Shown here piece by piece: positions 58,167 through 64,000 of a DNA stretch of 64,000 nucleotides. Source of the stretch: Coraliomargaritaceae bacterium (GTDB taxonomy: Bacteria; Verrucomicrobiota; Verrucomicrobiia; Opitutales; Coraliomargaritaceae); contig CBFHKU010000005.1 of NCBI GenBank assembly GCA_965656495.1, positions 118,348 to 182,347 on the forward strand. Direction: 5' to 3'. The notes beneath the pieces were generated by a model, which searched no databases, was not told the DNA's origin, and saw only the letters and a program-made list of their open reading frames with translations. The position numbers and the translations under genes were made by a program. Each line of letters opens with the position of its first letter. Position 1 is the first letter of the stretch.

Positions 58167-59426
58167 ATGGAAATTGAGCGTCAAAATAATCGCGTCGTCG
58201 TCACGGGCATAGGGACAATTGCATCACAAGGAACCGGGATCGATCTGTTCTGGGAAGCACTGCTGGCGGGGAAGAGCGGGATTGATACGGTTCAGTCCTT
58301 CGACATCACGGACTACCCCTCGAAGGTGGGATCGGAAGTGAGTGATTTTAACGCGGGTGATTTCATGGATCCCAAAGAGGCGCGGCGCAATGACCGCTAC
58401 ACCCATTTCGCGGTAGCGGCTTCCAAGCTTGCCCTGCAGGACGGGGGCCTCGATTGCACCGCGCCCGACCCCGAGCGTTTCGGAGTGCTGGTCGGTTCCG
58501 GTATCGGCGGCATGAACACCATTCAGGAACAAAGCTTCCGTCTCTTTGAAAAAGGTCCCCGCAAGGTTTCGCCCTTCATGATTCCCTCCCTCATTGCCAA
58601 CATCGCCAGTGGGGTGGTCGCGATTGAGACCGGAGCGCGCGGCCCGAATTACGGCATCGTGAGTGCCTGCGCCACCGGAACCCATACGATTGGGGAATCC
58701 TTCCGTTTATTGCGCGACGGCGAGGCGGACGTCATGTTGGCGGGCGGCAGTGAAGCTGCGATTACGGAGCTGGGCTACGCAGGCTTTTGTTCGATGAAGG
58801 CGATGAGTACGCAATACAACGATGCCCCCCAGACTGCGAGCCGTCCCTTCGACGCAGGCCGCGACGGATTTGTGATGGGAGAGGGCGCCGGAGTGCTCCT
58901 CCTCGAGACCCTCGAGCATGCTCAGGCACGCGGCGCACGCATCTACTGCGAAATTTCCGGTTATGCCGCCAGTTGCGACGCCTTCCACATCACTTCACCC
59001 GATCCCGAAGGCAAAGCCCTATCCACCGCGATCTGCAAGGTCATCAAGGAAGCGGGCCTCGAGGTCGAGGACGTGGACTACATCAACGCCCACGGGACCT
59101 CCACCCCCTACAACGACAAATTTGAAACCAACGCCATCAAGATCGCGCTGGGCGAGCACGCTCACAAGATCATGGTGAGTTCCACCAAGTCCATGACCGG
59201 GCACCTCCTCGGTGCGGCGGGTGGAATCGAGTCGGCGGTGTGCGTGAAGACCATTCACGAGGGCAAGGTCGCTCCTACCATCAATTACAATGATCCCGAC
59301 CCCGATTGCGATCTCGACTATGTTCCGAACACCATGCGGGAAGCCGACGTGAAAGTCGCGATTTGCAACAACTCCGGATTCGGCGGTCAGAACGCCACAA
59401 TCCTCTTCAAGCAATTCGAAGCCTAA
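58167..59426 (+). CDS. fabF: beta-ketoacyl-ACP synthase II
   Basis: SACATG, NAHGTST, KSMTGHLLG, SGFGG. Confidence 0.97.
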   Translation: MEIERQNNRVVVTGIGTIASQGTGIDLFWEALLAGKSGIDTVQSFDITDYPSKVGSEVSDFNAGDFMDPKEARRNDRYTHFAVAASKLALQDGGLDCTAPDPERFGVLVGSGIGGMNTIQEQSFRLFEKGPRKVSPFMIPSLIANIASGVVAIETGARGPNYGIVSACATGTHTIGESFRLLRDGEADVMLAGGSEAAITELGYAGFCSMKAMSTQYNDAPQTASRPFDAGRDGFVMGEGAGVLLLETLEHAQARGARIYCEISGYAASCDAFHITSPDPEGKALSTAICKVIKEAGLEVEDVDYINAHGTSTPYNDKFETNAIKIALGEHAHKIMVSSTKSMTGHLLGAAGGIESAVCVKTIHEGKVAPTINYNDPDPDCDLDYVPNTMREADVKVAICNNSGFGGQNATILFKQFEA

Positions 59427-59446
59427 GGCCTGCGCTGGGCGCGGAC

Positions 59447-59728
59447 TCAGTCTTGGCTGAGGTCGTGGAAGCGCAGACTTGCCTCCTGTAGCGCGATTAA
59501 TGCCTCGATGGAAAGATTGGAGGCGGGGGCGTCGGGTTCACATACGAAGAGTGGGGTCTTGACTTTTTGTGCGTAAGCCTGCCCGGTAGGGATGGATTTT
59601 TCCGGGGTTGCCTGCATCACCTTCCGCAGGCCATCGATCACCAATTGCCGCAGCGTGGTTCCATTCTCCAAGGCGTGCCGCTTCGCCTCCAGACCCAGTT
59701 CATCCGGTAATTCGATTGTTGTCTGCAT
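59447..59728 (-). CDS. RHH/VapB-like antitoxin-type DNA-binding protein
   Basis: MQTTIELPDEL...AKRHA...TTLRQLVIDGLR. Confidence 0.7.
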   Translation of the reverse strand: MQTTIELPDELGLEAKRHALENGTTLRQLVIDGLRKVMQATPEKSIPTGQAYAQKVKTPLFVCEPDAPASNLSIEALIALQEASLRFHDLSQD

Positions 59729-59793
59729 AATACATCCTTAGGCCCATATCAACAGGCATCAAGCCCCCTGAAGCACCCCTGCCATCGCAGGGA

Positions 59794-60903
59794 TTAGACC
59801 TGTACCTGTTCGACGATTTCGAGGTCGTAACCGTCGAGACCAACGACCTTGCGGTTCGTGCCGGAGAGGAGCCGGATCTTCTTTAGCCCCAGCGCCACCA
59901 GAATCTGCGCCCCGATGCCGTAATCGCGGAAATCCATCTTGGCGGGGCCGACCGTTTTGAGGGCGGCGGTACCGTCCTTTTCCTGTATGCGAATCCCGCC
60001 CTGTGCCTGCTCGATATAGAGCACCACCCCGTGCCCCTTTTCTGCGATCGATTTCAGGGCGTGGTTGAGGGCGTTGTAATTCCCCATACCCTTCGCGCGG
60101 AAGATATCAGCGAGGAGGTTCTCGCTTTGCACCCGCACGAGGGTCGGCTCGGCGTCGAGGGTTCCCATGCTCAGGGCAAAGTGTTGACGGTTGTCGAGGA
60201 CGCTGCGGAAGACGTGGAGATCGAAGGTGCCGAATTCCGATTCAAAGGGTTCGGTCAAGAGGTGCTCGACGAGGCGGTCGCGGGTGTGGCGGTATTCGAT
60301 GAGGTCCGCAATCGAAATGAGCTTCAGGCCGTGTTCCTCCTTGAAACGCAGGAGATCGGGAAGGCGCGCGAGAGAACCGTCCTCGTTCAAAATTTCACAA
60401 ATCACGCCGGCGGGGCTCAGTCCGGCGAGTTGGGCGAGGTCGACCGCCGCTTCGGTATGTCCGGCGCGTTGCAGGACGCCCCCCGGTTTGGCGCGGAGCG
60501 GGAAGACGTGACCCGGCTGCACAAGGGCATCGGCCTGGGTGGCGGGGTCGCCGAGGAGACGGATCGTCTCGGCGCGGTCCGCAGCGCTGATTCCAGTGGT
60601 GATCCCCTGCGCGGCATCGACCGAAACCGCAAAATCGGTCTGGTGGGATTCGCGGTTTTCCGCCGCCATGGGATTGATCCCGAGGTGACGCAATTGCGGC
60701 CCGAGCATCGGGACACAGATCAGGCCCCGGGCGTGGCGAATCATCATGTTCACCGCCTCCGGAGTGACCTTCTCCGCCGCAAAGATGAGGTCGCCCTCGT
60801 TCTCGCGCGCCTCGTCGTCGGTCACAATGACGAGTTTGCCGTCCGCGATATCGCGGATCGCGGCTTCAATGGAATCGAAGGGACTGTCGTGGTGCTGCGC
60901 CAT
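59794..60903 (-). CDS. ribB: DHBP synthase fused to a degenerate GTP cyclohydrolase II domain (RibBX-like)
   Basis: DDEARENEGD, TGISAADR, PGHVFPL, RAGHTEA; C-terminal domain has RVQSENL instead of RVHSECL; start MAQHH at 60903. Confidence 0.9.
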   Translation of the reverse strand: MAQHHDSPFDSIEAAIRDIADGKLVIVTDDEARENEGDLIFAAEKVTPEAVNMMIRHARGLICVPMLGPQLRHLGINPMAAENRESHQTDFAVSVDAAQGITTGISAADRAETIRLLGDPATQADALVQPGHVFPLRAKPGGVLQRAGHTEAAVDLAQLAGLSPAGVICEILNEDGSLARLPDLLRFKEEHGLKLISIADLIEYRHTRDRLVEHLLTEPFESEFGTFDLHVFRSVLDNRQHFALSMGTLDAEPTLVRVQSENLLADIFRAKGMGNYNALNHALKSIAEKGHGVVLYIEQAQGGIRIQEKDGTAALKTVGPAKMDFRDYGIGAQILVALGLKKIRLLSGTNRKVVGLDGYDLEIVEQVQV

Positions 60904-60963
60904 AAATCGGAAAGGGACAGTGTTGGGACAAATGGCTATGGAGCAAGCGTGAAGGTTATTTGA

Positions 60964-61765
60964 GGTGGGAAGGTGGAGAACTTCGAACATCGAACATTGA
61001 ACGTTGAAGGTGGGACTATTTGTTGGGAAAGTGGGAAGGCGTAGAGGTGGGAAAGTTTGAAAGTTGGAAAGTATGAAGGTAGAAGTTCAACGTTGGATGT
61101 TCGATGTTGGACGTTTTTCCGGTGCTTTGCCCTGAGGCCAGCTTAGCTGGCGACCGCTGATGGGCACTTATTTTCGCTCATCCTTAAAACAAAACTATTA
61201 GTGTTTATAAGCGAGGATTAGCGGTTTCCGGCTGTGCCGGATTCAGGGCAGCACGCTGGATACAGTGGAAGCGGCAATCTTGCCGCTTTGCTTGTACGGC
61301 TTGGGTTGGAAAGCGACAAGAGTGTCGCTTCTACGCTTCCAAGGTTCAACTAACAACTTCCAACCCCATAACCACACAGTCTCTGCGTTAAAATTTCCAA
61401 GCTCCGTGCCTTTGCTCCTCAGCGTTTTTACTTCCAACCCCACAGCGCTGCCCTGAGGCCAGCTTAGCTGGCGACCGCTGATGGGCGCTTATTTTCGCTC
61501 ATCCTTAAAATAAAAATATTAGCGTTTATAAGCGAGGATTAGCGGTTTCCGGCTGTGCCGGATTATTCACCACGAAGGCGCGGAGCGCACGGAGCGGTGC
61601 CTGACACTGAATCTTTAATGAAAATCTTCGTGTACTCGGCGTCTCGGTGGTGAGTTGGATATTCGATGTTCTTAAGCCCTATCCCTATTCGTTTTATTTG
61701 TGTCCATTCGTGGTTAGAAATTCGGGGTTGGAAGTTCAGCGTTCGAAGTTCGATGTTCGAAGTTG
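60964..61765. repeat. modular repeat island E
   Basis: AACATCG and GTGGGAAA modules, REP pair 61265-61334, TGCCCTGA element at 61128 and 61449, CACCAC palindrome 61567-61653. Confidence 0.93.
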
Positions 61766-61810
61766 TAAGCGGGGTTGCGTTTGGTGGGGGAAGTTGGCAA
61801 GGGTGTTTGG

Positions 61811-64000
61811 ATGGAAAGTAAGGGTTTACCGATTCACGCGGTGGCGGGGGAAATTGTGGAGGGGATCCGGAAGATGGGTCGGGTGGTGCTGCAGGCTCCG
61901 ACGGGTTCGGGTAAGTCGACGCAGGTGCCGCAGATTTTGTTGGATGATGCGGGGGTGGAGGGTGCGATTGTGGTTTTGCAACCGAGGCGTTTGGCGGCGC
62001 GGATGTTGGCGGCGCGGGTGGCGCGGGAACGGGGGGTGAAGCTGGGGGAGGAAGTTGGGTATCAGATTCGTTTTGAGAATAAGACTTCGAAAGCGACGCG
62101 GATTCGATTTGTGACGGAGGCGATTCTTTTGCGTCAGTTGTTGGGGGATCCTTCGTTGCGGGGGGTGGGTGCGGTTGTGCTGGATGAATTTCATGAGCGG
62201 CATTTGACGAGTGATTTGAGTTTGGCGGGTGCTTTGGAATCGGTACGGACGGTGCGTCCGGATTTGAAGTTGGTGGTGATGTCGGCGACGCTGGATGTGG
62301 CGGGGGTGGCGGGATATTTGGAACCGGCGGCGTTGGTGGAGGCGAGTGGCCGGACTTATCCGGTGTCGGTGGAGTATGCGGGTGCGTCGTTGGGACGGGA
62401 GGCGGCGCCGGTATGGACGCGGGCGGCGCGGGCGTTTCGGGAGGTGGTGCGCGGGGGGACTGCGGGGGATGTTTTGATTTTTATGGCGGGGGCGTATGAG
62501 ATTCGGCGGACTCTGGGGGAACTGGAGGGATTGCCGGAGGCGCGGGGCTATGATTTGTGTCCGCTGCACGGTGAGTTGTCGCCGGAGGCGCAGGATCGGG
62601 CGGTGTCGCGGGGGGATCGACCGAAGGTGATTGTTTCGACGAATGTGGCGGAGACTTCGATTACGATTGAGGGGGTGCGGGTTGTGATTGATGGGGGTCA
62701 GGCGCGGGTGGCGCGGTATGATGCGCGGCGGGGGATCAATGCGCTTTTGGTGGAACCGATCAGTCGTGCGGCGGCGGAGCAACGGACCGGTCGGGCGGGT
62801 CGGACGGGGCCGGGTTTGTGTGTGCGTTTGTGGTCGGAGGCGGAGCATGGGGGTCGGGCGGAACGTGACACGCCGGAGTTGCAGCGGGTGGATTTGGCGG
62901 AGACGGTGTTGTTATTGCGCTCGGCGGGGGTGGATGATTTGGAGGGCTTTGCCTGGTTTGAACGCCCGGAGGGGGCGGCTTTGGAAAAGGCGGTGGGGTT
63001 GTTGGAAAGTTTGGGGGCGTTGGATTCGGGGGGTGTATTGACGGATCGCGGCTTGGCGATGGCGCGTCTGCCGTTGCATCCGAGGTATGCGCGGATGTTG
63101 TTGGAGGCGGCGCAGCGTGGGGTGCTGGGACCGGTCTCGCGGATCGCGGCGTTGAGTCAGGGGCGCCTGGTGTATCGTGCGAATGCGACGGGGGCGTCGC
63201 GGGGGGATCAGGTGCGGGCGATTGAGGATTTTTGCGGGGAGGATTCGGATTGGGAGTTGCAGTTGCGGGCTTTGGAGGTGGCGGGGGCGGCGGAGTATAA
63301 GTTGGAGCGGTGTGCGGGTTTGGGGATTCATGCGGGGGCGGCGCGGCAGGTGGGAACGGCGGCGAAGCAGTTGCGGGGATTGGTGCGGGATTACGCGGGG
63401 GACCGGGATGATTTGGATGCGAAGGGGATGTCGGAAGCGGTGGGGATGTGTTTGCTGTCGGCGTTCTCGGATTATTTGGCGTTAAGGAAGGATGGCGGGA
63501 CGCGGCGTTGTCGTTTGCTGGGTGAACGGGGCGGGGAGTTGCGGCGCGAGAGTGTGGTAGAAAGTGAACTTTTTGTGGCCTCGGAACAAGAGGAGCGGCA
63601 GGTGCGCGGGGAGGTGACGGTATTGCTGGGGATGGCGACGCGGGTGGAGTGCGCGTGGCTGGAGGCGCTTTTTCCGGAGGATTTCAAAGCGGTGGAGGAG
63701 ACGCGTTATGATGCGACGACGCGGCGGGTGGTGAGTGTGCGGGAGCGGCGTTTTCGGGATTTGGTATTGGAACGGGTTGAAGCGGGGGAACCGGATGCGG
63801 ATGCGGCGGGGGAATTGTTGGCGGCGGAGGTGTTGGCGGGTCGTTTGGTATTGAAGCAATGGGATGCCTCGGTGGAGGGATGGATCCGGCGGGTGAATTT
63901 TGTGGCGCGGCATTGTCCGGAAACGGAGATTGCGGCGATTGATGCCGAGGCGCGGGAATTATTGATCGGACAGATTTGCGCGGGGGGTACGAGTTACCGG
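61811..64000 (+). CDS. hrpB: ATP-dependent RNA helicase HrpB (runs off the window)
   Basis: Hand-translated MESKGLPIHA...QAPTGSGKST, VGYQIRFE, LDEFHER, MSAT, STNVAETSITIEG, QRTGRAGR; absent from the ORF track. Confidence 0.92.
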   Translation, partial: MESKGLPIHAVAGEIVEGIRKMGRVVLQAPTGSGKSTQVPQILLDDAGVEGAIVVLQPRRLAARMLAARVARERGVKLGEEVGYQIRFENKTSKATRIRFVTEAILLRQLLGDPSLRGVGAVVLDEFHERHLTSDLSLAGALESVRTVRPDLKLVVMSATLDVAGVAGYLEPAALVEASGRTYPVSVEYAGASLGREAAPVWTRAARAFREVVRGGTAGDVLIFMAGAYEIRRTLGELEGLPEARGYDLCPLHGELSPEAQDRAVSRGDRPKVIVSTNVAETSITIEGVRVVIDGGQARVARYDARRGINALLVEPISRAAAEQRTGRAGRTGPGLCVRLWSEAEHGGRAERDTPELQRVDLAETVLLLRSAGVDDLEGFAWFERPEGAALEKAVGLLESLGALDSGGVLTDRGLAMARLPLHPRYARMLLEAAQRGVLGPVSRIAALSQGRLVYRANATGASRGDQVRAIEDFCGEDSDWELQLRALEVAGAAEYKLERCAGLGIHAGAARQVGTAAKQLRGLVRDYAGDRDDLDAKGMSEAVGMCLLSAFSDYLALRKDGGTRRCRLLGERGGELRRESVVESELFVASEQEERQVRGEVTVLLGMATRVECAWLEALFPEDFKAVEETRYDATTRRVVSVRERRFRDLVLERVEAGEPDADAAGELLAAEVLAGRLVLKQWDASVEGWIRRVNFVARHCPETEIAAIDAEARELLIGQICAGGTSYR

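Noticed and set aside
60904..61120. FMN riboswitch upstream of ribB
   Set aside because: No AGGGCGGGG..AATTCCCGACCG motif on the minus strand; the region is repeat modules.

Overview
Chromosomal window from a moderately GC-rich bacterium, most likely Verrucomicrobiota (Opitutales/Puniceicoccales-like). That placement is inferred from gene order, the long PurF type and an IPE-type PEP-CTERM protein. About 55 mostly housekeeping genes are present: pth-rpsF-ssb-rplI-dnaB-bamA-skp-lpxD-prs-degP, aroB-ftsY-nusB-ribH, tgt, recO, a two-component pair, ppdK, a Fur-family/sufCBD/sufT operon, rsmE, dtd, mpg, cca, nadK, tlyA, typA, purF/purH, feoAB, proC, folD, fabG-acpP-fabF, ribBX and hrpB. There is also tRNA-Leu(CAG) and a probable 6S RNA. 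The unusual part is a set of intergenic repeat islands (~32.3-33.7, 35.6-35.9, 47.2-48.4, 49.3-49.9, 50.9-51.1, 52.2-53.3 and 61.0-61.8 kb). They are built from about 10 recurring modules: REP-like hairpins in heterologous pairs, 6/7/8/9/10-nt period microrepeats and small palindromic elements. The modules occur in a recurrent order, nest inside one another, and bracket accessory cargo (a TA pair, an unknown two-gene membrane cassette, divergent RHH regulators, a truncated ORF6N gene). No transposase, integrase or cas gene is in the window. Strand G/C skew of flanking genes appears to flip at several islands regardless of gene orientation (spot counts only). A near-identical 15-bp palindrome sits ~20 bp upstream of both the Fur-suf and feoAB operons.
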